Origin: Octopus sinensis
Lineage: Eukaryota
DNA length: 64,000 nt
Direction: 5' to 3'
Assembly: GCF_006345805.1 (NCBI RefSeq)
Contig: NC_042998.1
Span: forward strand, 106,144,001-106,208,000
The notes beneath the pieces were generated by a model. That model was not told the origin of the DNA. It made no database searches and was given only the letters and a program-made list of their open reading frames with translations. How positions within the stretch are numbered: the stretch's first letter is position 1; every line of letters begins with the position of its first letter. The position numbers were made by a program, and so were the translations under genes. Below are positions 26,676 to 39,434 of the stretch, piece after piece.

Positions 26676-26989
26676 TCAAACACACAACGGTGTGGTTGTT
26701 ATTTGACACCCCTGAAGAGACTTGCAAATTTGTGAGCCAGCCCTTACAGGGCAAAGAAATTTTGTTTTTTCCCACATATTGTGGAAAGAGGTTGACAAGA
26801 GCTTAGGTCTGTGGGTTGCCACTCAGGATAAAACCCAAGTGGATAGAGGAGACTATCTGCCAGGGTCTGGGTGGCAGTGGAGCCAAGCTCCTTAATGTGA
26901 AACTTTTTCCTGCGGATGATTGGGTTGGGTCAAAGACTGTTTTGACCCTATAGACCCAATCAACCAATCTGGTTTTGTCAGATTTTTGA

Positions 26990-27350
26990 AAATGACCGGG
27001 TGCAGATAGCAGGTATCCAGTGAATCTTGAGGGTCATCCCCCCCAGGTGTCATCGGTGCCTGGAGCCTGGCCACAAAGAAAAACTGTCCCCAGGACCAGA
27101 GTAGGGTCCTGGAACAGTTGGTTGTAGAAGAGCCCCCCTCCTCCTCCAGAAGGAGAGAAGGAGGTAGGTGAGGAGGGAGAGATATCCCCCAGAAAAAAGG
27201 GGAGAAGAAAGAAGAAGGGGAGCAAAATTGGTTGCTCACCAAAGGATCCGGGAGTTGCAGGAGGAGGCAATGTTCCTCCGGTTGAGGAGATGGAGCCAAC
27301 CCCTCCCGTGCCAAAGATAAAAAAGAAAAAAATGGGACAGTGCCGGCGGT
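26990..27350 (+). mobile_element. Gag-like ORF1 fragment (CCHC knuckle), probably L1/Tx1
   Basis: EGHPP-RCHRCLEPGH-KKNCP across frameshifts (CX2CX4HX4C), followed by E/K/G-rich sequence in a GC-rich island. Confidence 0.5.
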
Positions 27351-27461
27351 ATCATTGTCATCATCAGCAGCAGCAGCATCATCATAATCATCATCATCGT
27401 TTAACGTCCATTAAGGTATATATAGGCATAACTGATTTGTGTGCATTGCTAAAATGATTAT

Positions 27462-27838
27462 ATTGTTGTTGGCACTCCATCGGTTACAACGACGAGGGCT
27501 CCAGTTATCCGATCAATGGAACAGCCTGCTCGTGAAATTAATGTGCAAGTGGCTGAGCACTCCATAGACACGTGTACTCTTTACATAGTTCTCAGGGAGA
27601 TTCAGTGTAACACAGAGTGTGATAAGGCTGGCCCTTTGAAATACAGATACAGCAGAAACAGAAAGAGAAAGTTGTGGTGAAAGAGTACAGCAGGGTTCAC
27701 CACCACCCCCTGCCAGAGCCTCGTGGAGCCTTAGGTGTTTCCACTCACTAAACACTCACAACATCCGATCTGGGAATTGAAACCGTGATCCTACAACCGC
27801 AAGTCCGCTACCCTAACCACTGGGCCATTGTGCCTCCA
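27462..27838 (-). mobile_element. tRNA-derived SINE (distinct family)
   Basis: Minus-strand head GGAGGCACAATGGCCCAGTGGTTAGG...GGTTTCAATTCCC (A/B boxes) and an (AAC)n tail. Confidence 0.75.
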
Positions 27839-29743
27839 CAAAATGATTATATAGAGCAACATTTAAAATAAAAGCAGTAAAGCATACATTTCACATACAG
27901 GTGCCATGCAGTGGGACTGAACCCTGAACTATGTGGTTGCGAAGCAAGCTTCTTATCACACAGCCATACCCGTGCCAAGAATTAACACTGTGAACAGGAT
28001 GTTCAAAATTCAGCAATGTCTGTGTGCTTGAAGCTCTTTATAGTGAGGAAAGGGTCTTTGCATGGGACCAATCCCAGTCTCTAAACAACATATCTATTCA
28101 AACATGATTGATGTTAACTCATAACCTAGTACAACTACTTTTTGAATATTGACAGCATCTCTTACCATGAGTTTATTTGTCACTTGTGACTTCTGCGATG
28201 GTTCTTAAAAGTCCAACCAGTGATTTGCAACTCATACTGTAAATTCTTGGACCACATGGAAAAATCAACAGGAGTAATATTTCGTATCTCAGGATCATGA
28301 GACTCCATTTATGGCTGGGCAATTCCAGTTTTGAAAGGCATACATAATGACAGGTCTTGTATTGCAGTAACTGTCTAGAGCAGGTCTGGCCAACTCGAAT
28401 TACATTGCAGGCCACTTTAATCACAGAAAGGTTTTTGAGAGCCGTCTGTATACTGACAGAATCGAAAGTATTTTGCTTTCTTGTGCTATTATTACAATAA
28501 TGAATAAATAATCGTTGATTCAACATGAAATATTATCGTTGCAAAAACAGTAGTATCTTTCTTTTTTAGTTTTCATTACAGTCTTGAATTTTTGATAAGA
28601 TTTTTAAAATGTTTGTTTAAATAAACCCATTTCAAGAAAGTACCAAGTGGACCGCAAGATAGAAGTCTGCAGGCTCATCTAGAACCTCTCTCTGGAAGTG
28701 GTACTACAATCTCCATATGTTTTATTGTATGTTTCAGTAGAGCATATGCTGTACACTCAATCCTAAACTCATCAACACTGTTGATAATCAAACTTCTCTG
28801 CACTTCTCTGCGACTTGGCCTCGCCAGGTGTTGATGTCACTGCTGGTTTCCTTTAATGAATCATTTGCAAACTCTTTATATCACTTCTTCATCTTGTATC
28901 GCATGCACTTTTCCTGCTTTTAGATCACCATACTGCACCTGTTTTGACAAACACACATACATGCATGAACACATGCGCACACACATGCATACACACATAC
29001 ATATATACATACGTATGCAAAGCTTCCAAATATTTTCTGTCTATCAAATTTTACTCACAAAGCAGCGGGGCCATACTAGAAGGGTTTCGTACCTTGTGTG
29101 ATTGAATCCTGAACCATGAGTTTGCAAAACAAACATCTTTGCTGCACAGCTATAATGTTGGTGACAAGGCTAAATATACAATGAAAGCAATTTCAGGGTT
29201 AGGGTTAAATTGATTAAAATGAACCCAGTGCTCAACTGATACTCGTTTTATCAACTCTAAAAGGATGAAAGGAAAAGTTGATCTTAGCAGAATTTGCATT
29301 CAGCATATAGAGATGGATGAAATGCCTCTAAGCATTTTGCTCTGTGTACTAATGATTTTTCCAGCTTGCCACCATAATCAATGAAATATTAACATGAACC
29401 TGTTACCATTAATGATAATCTTGTAAATTAGATACAAGATCAGTGAACTAACAGAAATTATTAAAACAACAGAAAACATGTGTTTCAGTGTTTAGATACT
29501 TCCATTTACTTCCAAATTATTCGATTTTGACCAAAATAAACTTTGCTTTTCATTATTTCTAGAGATTAAGGTAGCAAGCTGGCAGAATTGTTAGTGCATT
29601 GACAACATGTTTAGTAATTACATGTAGCGACACCATATTTCGTTATACAACTATAATATTCCATAAAGTATATTAAATGCTTTATAAGTCAATACTGTGT
29701 CCTACTGTGTTAGCAGGGCTATTAAATCACATATTAAAGATAA

Positions 29744-29964
29744 GGCAGCAAGCTGGCAGAAACGTTAGCATGACGGGCGAAATGCATAACCATATTTCGT
29801 TTGCCGTTATGTTCTGAGTTCAAATTCCACTGAGGTCGACTTTGCCTTTCACCCTTTCGGGGTCGATAAATTAAATACCAGTTTCGCACTGGGGTCGATG
29901 TAATCGACTTAATCCGTTTGTCTGTCCCCTCTGTATTTAGCTCCTTGTGGGTAGTAAAGAAATA
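29744..29964 (+). mobile_element. SINE family B (degenerate copies also at ~29195-29372 minus and ~30075-30330)
   Basis: Homologous to 12473-12701. Confidence 0.85.
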
Positions 29965-30904
29965 GATATAAAATTATATCCAGCATTTCCTAGAGATTAT
30001 AGCCAGTGACAAATCAGTGCTGGCTATAATTTCTATTGAAAATCAGTAGAGATAACCTTAACATGTAACAAGCTTGGTAGTATATTTTGCTGCTCTTTAG
30101 ATTCTGAGTACAAATTCTGCCGAAGTCAACTTAGCCTTCCATCCTTCCAGTGTTGGTAAAATAAGTCAATGTAATCAACTTGCCCCCACCACCTCTAAAA
30201 CTGCTGGTCTTGTGCCAAAATCTGAAACCTTTAAATCGCAGGGTTGATAAAATTAGTACCAGTCATTAACTAAGAATCAATCAATTAGACTATTTGTACC
30301 CATGTGCCATAAATATTTCTGGCTCTGTGCTTAATTCAGAGCTGAATGATAATACTGGTAACAATCCACGTCTTTTTGTATTTTTCATTATTTGCTTCAT
30401 TTTATGTTTATTTTATTTTGCTTGTTTTGTTTTTCATTTTGTTTTTGTCTTCCATTTATTTGAAGCAGTAATAATTTCTTTAAATAAATTATTATTACTC
30501 AACTCTAGTTGCATTACAACCAGGACTATATAAAGATCTTCAGCAATGACTGTTTAATGGTCCTTATGCTTGAATGGGTCATCTATTTCAGAGCAGTTAT
30601 CTTGCATGCCAAAAATAAATGGGGGAAATGGTCTGGTGAGATGCGTCTATTTATAAACCTATCAATAAGGCAAGAGGTAATAATATTATCAGTTTTCAGT
30701 GAAAGATAAAGAGATATGCTGCAATAAAATCGAAAATTAAACCAATGTCATGATATAATATATTGTAATTCTCTCACATCCATAAAGAAAAGAGAAACAA
30801 AATAGAATTTAAAAGAATACCAAATCTATTTAGTCTCAAAAAATTATTAGCTATTTTTATGTCTTCTTATACACACATTCACTCATATATGAATCTCACT
30901 CTCC

Positions 30905-30986
<82 letters not shown>

Positions 30987-31039
30987 GATATACATATTTA
31001 TATATATATTATGTGTAAATATGAACATATATAGATAGT

Positions 31040-31094
<55 letters not shown>

Positions 31095-31365
31095 AGATAT
31101 ATCATATACATACTTATATATATGTATATAAATATATATATCTATAAATAAATATACACACACATACATACACACACACAAACACACATATATAACTAAT
31201 TTAGAGACGAACCACCATTCCACAACTCAGTCAATGAATAATCCGTTCAAAACTATGCTGTGAGACATATACACAATACTAATCTAAAATTTTAATAATA
31301 TATAATATTGAACAGTAAGATTATTATAATCATATAATATATAAGAATAAGATTATTACAATCAT

Positions 31366-32237
31366 ATCTCTTATTATAAAAGGCAGATTTTATCTGCCTC
31401 CCTTTGGGAGTTATAGAAATCTACAATATAGGATTTCTTCAATTACAATTTACCTAGCATTTTTAAGAGTAGAATGCATCGGGTCATGCCAGGTCCAGTT
31501 TTTAAAATTTAAACTCCAATTAAGCAAAATTTACAGAAAACTCACATTCTGGTGTGTATGTCAAATGCTTTTCTTAGTCTGGTTTACAGCACACGCAAAC
31601 GCACACACACAGTGTGCAACGAATAAAATGAAAGTAAATAGCGACAGAGTGATTTGAGGAAGACTAAACTGAAAGTATTTAAACCACTACTCAAAAAATA
31701 AAGAAACACAGCAAACAGAAACAAATAAATACATAACGATTTACTCCTCACACAATTTCTTCAATTAGAGTGTACCCATGATTTTTCAGAGTACTTCAGT
31801 GGGTGATGCCATAAAAATTTTCTTTCAATTTTACCACCAATTAAGACAAAATTCGAGAAAACTCAATATTTTAACATATCACTCCGAAAGCATTGATGTA
31901 CATGTGTGCGTGCGTGAGTGTGTATGTGTGTCATTCCTCACACACACGCATACACATACATATACAACTACATACAACTACATACACATACAACTACATA
32001 CAAACACGTGTGTGTTTGTTATTAGTAAAAAAGGCGCCAAAACACAACTCACTTATCATTCCAACACATTTGCAAAGACACACGGACGGACAGAAAAGGT
32101 AAATTGGTTTTTATTTTACTCTGTATATATTTTATTATATAATATTATATATAGATATATGTATATATAATTGCAGTATGAAACAGTGTTTATGTATAAA
32201 CAGACGACACTTATATATAGTTATTATAATAAGAGAT
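31366..32237. mobile_element. Non-autonomous TIR element, superfamily unassigned
   Basis: 14-bp perfect terminal inverted repeats ATCTCTTATTATAA / TTATAATAAGAGAT. Confidence 0.6.
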
Positions 32238-32261
32238 TAATAAATGTATGCATCCGTTTAA

Positions 32262-32588
32262 CCCTTTCGTTACCAAGCCGCCCGAATTTACCTATTCATA
32301 TTTAAATGAGAATATCAGAGCAAATCTCTTAGTACATTCGTGAAAACACGTATTATACTTCGTAAACACTTCAACTACAGTTTTGTACAAAAGTCGAAGT
32401 GTAATTTTAATTCCGTGAATTATGGGAGATTTTTTTTCCGAAATTTGTTCCTATTGTGTTTTCAAAATTTGTAATTCTGACAAAAAATGGATACGAATTT
32501 CATTATATCAAGCAGCGAGTCAGAATTCGAAGGATTTTCTACTGAAGACCTTCATAAATCTAACTCTATGACTGAAAAAAAAAAAGCA
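32262..32588 (+). mobile_element. piggyBac-like 5' end fragment
   Basis: TTAA|CCCTTT terminus, and a short acidic start MDTNFIISSSESEFEGFSTEDL like piggyBac transposase N-termini. Confidence 0.55.
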
Positions 32589-32982
32589 TCTTTATATAAG
32601 AGTGAAGTTGTGTGTCTGTCTCCTACGATTTAGATTCCTAACTACTCCCACATTTTGCGGTGCAGTTTAACCAAAAGCGGGTATCTTATAGTCGTGATTC
32701 ATATCGAGCCCTTCTGGGTATTAGCGTGCGTCTACGATGAGTCTACGATTTAAAAAAAATTTACCATCATATTTTTCCATTTTAATGCATTTTTTTCGCT
32801 TTTATATAAGGGAAGTAACTCTCTAAAAATATCTACGATGTGTCAACGATTTTTAAAAAATTTACCTTAATTTTTTTTCAATTTTTAATGCATTTTTTTT
32901 GCTATTTTTGGCTATAACTCTCTAAAAATGCTTATATAGTTATTTCCCTTACAACCCGAGCAACGCTGGGCGATACTGCTAG
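32589..32982 (+). mobile_element. Non-autonomous Helitron
   Basis: A|TC 5' end; 3' hairpin CCCGAGC-AAC-GCTGGG then CTAG|T; internal duplication. Confidence 0.8.
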
Positions 32983-33307
32983 TAATATATAAATCTAAAA
33001 GAATAAAATACGATTTAAAATGGGAAATAGTTTGTAAGGCTAAATCGTATAGAATAGGGCGTAAATTCTGCTTATTATGTACAAACGAATTTAAAGAGAT
33101 ATTATTAGTTAATTAAAAAAAACTAATTAACCTCCAAGATGAACGTAATATTAAATGTAGGCATAAATTAAATTATTTATATATGTTTAGATAATGTATT
33201 GATTTATTTAAACCAATGAAAAGTTACCAATTTATAGTTGTGATTAGTAGCGTTACATACATATGATTAGCTTAGAATACACTTTAAACATTACTTAATT
33301 ATATATA

Positions 33308-34569
33308 CAGGGTGGGGAAGCAAAATTTACAATGAACGTTAAGTTGTTTTTTCTCAGTAGGCACTAAGTCAATTGTTTTGAAACCTAGCATATATTGATG
33401 TCGTAATCATACCTAGCATTATTATCCTTACCTTTTCAGAAACTTTTGCCCATATAAGTAATCAGGAAAGCAAATGTCAAAGAGTGTGTGATTTGCTGAA
33501 TGCACTCGTCACACCAAAGGAGATTTCAAGAATAGTTGGAGTGTCCATAAAGACTGTTTATAATGTAAAAAATAGAATGACTATGAGCAAAACTATTATG
33601 AGGAGGTCTGGAACTGGTGGAATCAACAAAAACGTACCAAAGCTTTTATTAAAGCTCTCAAATCCAAAATCCTAAAGGATCCAACCAAATCCATGAGGAA
33701 AATGGCAATTGAACTTGAGGTAGACAACAAGGCCATTAGAAATGCTGTAAAATATGATTTGAAGTTAAAATCTTACACGAGAACACCAAAACACTTGTTG
33801 ACAACAGCTATGAAGGAAAAGAGATTGGAGAGGTGCAAGAAAATTATTACATGGTTCAAGAAAAAGTCCTCCATTGTAACGATCTTTTCAGATGAAAAGA
33901 TCTTCAGTGTCGATGCTGTTCTGAACCGCAGAAATGACAGATCTATTGCAAAATCAACAGCTGAGGCTAAGTGGACATTCAAAACAAAACATCCTGCTCA
34001 AGTTATGGCTTTTGGTGTTGTGGCTTCCGATAGAAAGTGCGTATAAAATTCAACAAAGCTGATGAAAAAATCAATGTTAATACTTAGTACAAGACTCTGA
34101 GATACCAGGTATTGCCATGGCTTAAAGCAAACTACCTAGATGGTAATTATGTATGGACACAGAATGGTGCTCCAGCACACATAGCTAGAAAAATACAAGA
34201 TTTCTGCAAATCCAACTTTAGCAATTTTTGGAATCATGTTTATGGCCGCCTTCTAGCCCAGATCTAAACCCTCTGGATTATGCTATTTGCAGCGTTTTAG
34301 AACATGCTACCAATAGAACATCACACAGTAATGTCAACTCTCTTAAAGATACTATTAAAGAAGAATATTTGAGGAACACTTGCGCAAGTTTCAGGAAGCG
34401 AGTGAAGGCAGTTATTGAGAAAGAAGGAGGACACATAGAATAAAAACATTTTCTGTTATGTAAATTTTCTTGTGGCAAATAATTCTCATGACTTTCAATA
34501 AACTAATTGGTCCTACAATGTCTTTCAATCCCTACCTCAAAATATTGTAAATTTTGCTTCCCCACCCTG
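33308..34569 (+). mobile_element. Full-length Tc1/mariner DD37D (maT-type) transposon, defective transposase
   Basis: 26-bp TIRs CAGGGTGGGGAAGCAAAATTTACAAT with TA flanks. Motifs IFSDEKIFSVD, WTQ(N)GAPAH and WPPSSPDLNPLDY, with 37-residue spacing after repairing one frameshift. Confidence 0.92.
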
Positions 34570-35331
34570 TAATTAGGATAAATAACTACCTTTTTACTAA
34601 TAAAGAATTCAACGATAATATATGCATTCTTACAATGCTTTACAGCATTATTTACGTAATACATAAATTTCGTACGTGTTATAAGGATAATAAAATTAAT
34701 TACTTAATTATATATGATTAGAATGAATAACTACCCTTTTACTAATAAAGAATTCAACGATAATATATGCATTCTTACAATATTTTATAGTATTATTTAC
34801 GTAATACATAAATTTCGTACGTGTTATAGTTATTTTTCGTAGATCTAAAGGTTTTAAGTATTTTAAAGCTTCAATAAACAATGTACTACAGGTAGACCTT
34901 TTTCGATAATTTCGTTATTATTATAGTAAATATAATATGTATTTATATCTGAGTAATGGACGCCATATTTATCACGTGACTTTTCAGTATAAATGCTAAA
35001 GTACACTTATTTCGGTTTAGTCTACAGTAATTCGCCGGCAGATAAGTCGTGTTTTTTAAATTTATTCTAAACAATATCGATATACGTTTTTTTTTATTAA
35101 CTTTATACACTAACACGTATTTACATTCATTTACCTTCTCCATAATGATTTAATCATGTTCACAATACTCTATTTGAATATTTTAGTTCGTAACTTTTAA
35201 TAATATTGTCTTTAACTTAGGTATTACATTACAGGTTTTATTTCTTTATATATATATATATATATATATATTATTCCTTATCATATTATGAGGTAAGTTA
35301 AACTTTTAGTTTTTAGTTTTTTTTTAGGAAT

Positions 35332-35452
35332 TTGACCTGAGGAGTGACTGCTTATGGGAGTAAAACCATTTTTCCGTTCTAATGAACTTGGATATGGTTT
35401 GCTTATATGATTGTATATAGTCTTAATGCAGCCATGAAACGCGCGTAGTCGA
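35332..35452 (+). ncRNA. Type-I hammerhead ribozyme (PLE-associated) with long stem II
   Basis: UUGAC-CUGAGGA-[GUGACUGC...GCAGCCAU]-GAA-ACGCGCGU-A-GUCGA: canonical core, 5-bp stem I, palindromic stem III and a GUA cleavage site after 35447. Confidence 0.85.
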
Positions 35453-36213
35453 TGTACAAGTACTTGCTTTTATACATTATATTATTGTATTAATTTTTAT
35501 TGTTCAATTTATACTTTATTTGATTTTAGATTAATATTTTTATAATGAATGCTTCTTTGTATGGTATTCGCTGTGATTTTTAAAGCATTTGCTCTTATAT
35601 ATTATATGATTGTAATAATCTTACTGTACAATATTATATACTATTAAAATTTTAGAATAGTATTTTGTATGGTATATGTCTCACGGCATGGTTTTGGACG
35701 GGTTATTCATTGACTGGGTTATGGAATGACGGTGCGTCTCTAACTTAGTCATATACATATATTATATATTACGAAATTCGGTCTAATATTATTATACTGA
35801 ATTTTACCTGTAAGGTTTGAATAATAATTTATTCCTTAATATTATATATATATATAAGTAACAGAAACGGAAGAATTTTCGATTATCCCCACGTGGTGAG
35901 TTGTAATATACATAAGAAATTAAAGAAGGAAAATGCACACACTTTACATAGTTTTAATATAATTTTTAATATATCTTGTATTGTGTTTGTCAACCGGTTT
36001 CACTTTCGCTAATCATGACATTAAAATTTATTTAAATACGTATAAAAATGTGTTTGTCCATGTTGTGCGTGGAGTTTATGAATGAATGATTCAACAAGTA
36101 GAAAATCTAAGGGGGCGGTAATTGGTTATCATTATTATTGTGAATAGGAGAGATAATTGTTTACCTTTCGGTGGGGACGGGGGCAAATATATACATATAT
36201 ATATATATATATA

Positions 36214-36251
<38 letters not shown>

Positions 36252-36907
36252 AAAATTCAGAAACAAGAGTAGTGTTGAGAAATATGTTCAGTGATGGGAA
36301 TGTAATCTTGAATTAAAATATGTATAGAGATCGAAGCTGATTATGTGTGCATATTTATACATGTTCTGTACTTTTCGATGAATAAATTTTCTATATTTAA
36401 AAGTTCTTGTAAAGAAAATGAATCTTTGCACTGGTAGAAGGAGAAAATTGTGAAACTTCGTTTGACGTTACCTACACATCTCACTATGTGTTCACTTAAA
36501 GTAATTTGTCTGTGTTGTGGGAACCAGATCTGCACACACATGGACAAAAACTTTTTCTTAAGGAAATAAGTATTTAAATAAATTTTAATGTCATAATTAG
36601 CAAAAGCAAAACTAGTCGATAAACACAATACAAGATATGTTGAAAATTATATTAAAACTATATAAAGTGTGCGCAATTTCCTTCTTTAATTTCTTATATA
36701 TATTTTTAATTCAAAATTTAAAAATAACACCAGGGTAGACTTTTCCTTTTATCCCTTTAGTGTCAATAAAATAAGTACCAGTCAATGTAATCAACTAGCC
36801 CCTTCCTTGAAATTGTTGATTTTGTTCCAAAATTTGAAACGTGTGTGTATGTATATATATGTATATATTACATATATATATATATATATTAAATTTATAT
36901 ATATATA

Positions 36908-38139
36908 CAAGGGTTGGACAAAATAATGAAAACAGCTTAAAATTTCAAACAAATTTATTTTAATATGGAGTAGGACCGCCTTTGGCAATAATTACACCTT
37001 GAATTCTATGTTTAAATTGTTTACAAAGGAATTTTTGTCCATTCTTCAGCTAAAATAGTCTCCAGTTCTTGTATTGATGATGGTGGAAGATATCAACTCC
37101 TTACTTGTTTTTCTAAAATGAACTATAAATGTCCAATAATATTGAGGTCTGGGGACTGTAGTGGCCAGATAAGATGTTCAACTTCACTAGAATGTACCTC
37201 GTGCCATTCAGTAACAACTTTAGTTGTGTGAATTGGTGCATTATCATCCTGAAAGATTGCGTTTCCCTCCGGAAACAGTTTCGCAACCATAGGATGAATT
37301 TGATCAGATAAAAATGCTTAAATAGACTCGACTATTAATTTTGCCATGAAGGAAAACCATTGTGCTGGTGGATTTCCAAGGTATAACTCCCCAGATCATC
37401 ACAGATCCTCGTCCATGTTTAACAGTTGGAAGAAGGCAGTCTGGGTTAAATGCTTCTTTTGGCTGTCTCCAAATGTATACTCGGTTGGTGGTTGGAAATA
37501 GGGTAAAGGATGACTCATCCAAGAAAATAACATTCTTCCACTGCTCTAAGGACCAATTCTGTAGGTATTTACTCCACTCTAAATGCTTTGCAATGTTTGT
37601 TTTTGAAAGTAGAAGTTTTCTGATTGCAGCCCTCCTGTGAAATCTGGTTTTGTGCAGCTCCCAGCGAACAGTTTTTGTGGAAACTGAGTTCTCAAGGTGG
37701 TCATTAAGCTCTGCAGTAATTTTGGGAGCTATACTTTTGTGATCCCTTCTAACAATTCGCGTAAGAGTCCAACGGTTTCTATCTGAAAGTTTTGGTTTTC
37801 TTCCAGAGGAGGTTTTTGCCTCTTCCTCAAAGGCTGTCATTACTTTCAAGACAGTACTTCTTGATATACCAAACATTTCAGCTGTTTTCATTATGCTAGT
37901 GCCGGCCATACGAGCACCAACAATTTGACCTATTTGAAAGTTCAATAGATCTGTCATTTTAATGAATTTTAATTACCCTTTTCTGATGATATCTGGAAAA
38001 AAACAGCAATTTTAGCAAAACATAATAATAGCAACACTAATAATAAATCAAAAACATAAAAATAAGCAAGCTTTTGATGGTTTTCTAGATATTTCAAAAT
38101 TATGATGCTAGGTGTTTCTATTATTTTGTCCAACCCCTG
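36908..38139 (-). mobile_element. Full-length Tc1-type transposon (DD36E-like spacing), defective
   Basis: TIRs CAAGGGTTGGACAAAATAAT / TTATTTTGTCCAACCCCTG within TA repeats. ORF 37304-37957 has the HTH plus IFLDESSF; the continuation reads FQDDNAPIH...WPLQSPDLNII(G)HL. Confidence 0.92.
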
Positions 38140-38399
38140 TATATATAGTAATTATGGCATATAACTGGTCAGAAAGTTATCATTGGTTTTGTGTCTACTA
38201 AGTCACTTGGCAATACTAATGGCTCATGAGACATGCTGGCTGGAAGCTCATAGTCTCTTTAATACTGGAGGTAAATATATAATCTTAGTATATTGGGGGA
38301 AAAAGAACAAAAAGAAAACAAAATTTCCTCAGAAGAAAAGAAGAGTTACCTCCTATTGTACAATTCAAATCATTGCCAATGATGGGTAGCTGTGCTTGT

Positions 38400-39300
38400 G
38401 TACATTTTTTTCTTGTTTCTCAGTCTGCAAAAGAGGAAGACCACATTTAAAAAATGAACTTTCTATCATGGGAGTAGTAACTGAAAATTTCACTTTTTCA
38501 GTTCAAGGATGCACACAGATTGTGTGACTTTTTTTAGGATTATTTTCCTCTCAATTAAATGAAGTTTAAAGCTTTTGCTTCTATTGAGGGATGGCCCAGG
38601 CTATTCTAGCAGCTGCCAGTTAATTTGTATGGTGTCCTTTCTGTTTTTATTGCCATATGTAATTGGTTGATGTTGTAATGTTGAGCCTCTCTTAGACCCT
38701 ATAAGAGAACCTGTGTTTATTTAGCATGGCCTTAGAGGGGCTTCTTGTCAATCATATTTTTGTATATGTGTTCCTCTGTTGTTACTGTTGTTGGATATCA
38801 TCACTTCTTCATAGAACATGACCTCAGTGTTGAATCGACTATTAAATGGGCACTCATTGCACACTCTAGATGAGTTTCCTGGGATGTTCACTAATATCTT
38901 TCTGATACTAGATGCACAGCTGAACAAGACCTTTACATTGAGTCTTGAATAATCACCAAGACAAGTAAGACTGAAATAATTATCTACTAATGGAAGAAAG
39001 ACTTTTCCTGTAAGAATTTACAAGATGAGTGAGAAAAGTAGAGCAAACAAGAGGCCATGTTTTATTTTGTTGGTGTTAGGTTTAAGCATATAGGTGATGT
39101 CGTCCTTAAAGCTACATGCTACAAGAGCCTCATTGTAATAGGGGGCCACTACATCAACAACATCTTTATTTGAGGATGAGTTTAAAATCCTCTTCCTGAC
39201 ACCCTTTGCAATGTCAAGGTGGATAATGGTAATATTTATAATAAAGAATTTATTGTTCTGAAGTCTAAACAATAATGAGTACAAATTCTGAAAATGGTGT
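38400..39300 (-). mobile_element. Degenerate PLE (RT thumb, linker, GIY-YIG)
   Basis: Minus strand ILNSSSNKDVVDVVAPYYNEAL..., GKVFLPLVDNYF, VKVLFSC, CPFN and a terminal C.LC..EK-like remnant, in PLE order. Confidence 0.6.
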
Positions 39301-39380
39301 AATAAAGAAATTTATTGAATTTGTTCTTCCAGTAAACAACAGAGGTGAAGAAATAGGCAGGTTTCTTGCTTACACATATG

Positions 39381-39434
<54 letters not shown>

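Larger units (their letters stand above)
32990..35595 (+). mobile_element. Penelope-like element 3' part (endonuclease C-terminus + 3' UTR/pLTR), interrupted by a maT transposon
   Basis: 33003-33194 translates IKYDLKWEIVCKAKSYRIGRKFCLLCTNEFKEILLVN*KKLINLQDERNIKCRHKLNYLY, the PLE GIY-YIG C-terminal W..I..A..Y.....C.LC..E....N...E....CRH pattern. A hammerhead lies downstream at 35332. Confidence 0.8.

Noticed and set aside
26710-26760. CTGAAGA followed by a hairpin as a possible hammerhead
   Set aside because: No GAAA directly after stem II, and no stem I/III closure.
27765-27838. tRNA gene-like sequence
   Set aside because: It is the head of a SINE: it continues into a repeat body and tail and has no complete cloverleaf.
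28381-28695. Possible hAT MITE starting GTCTAGAG|CAGGTCTGGCCAAC
   Set aside because: The right TIR and TSD could not be matched convincingly.
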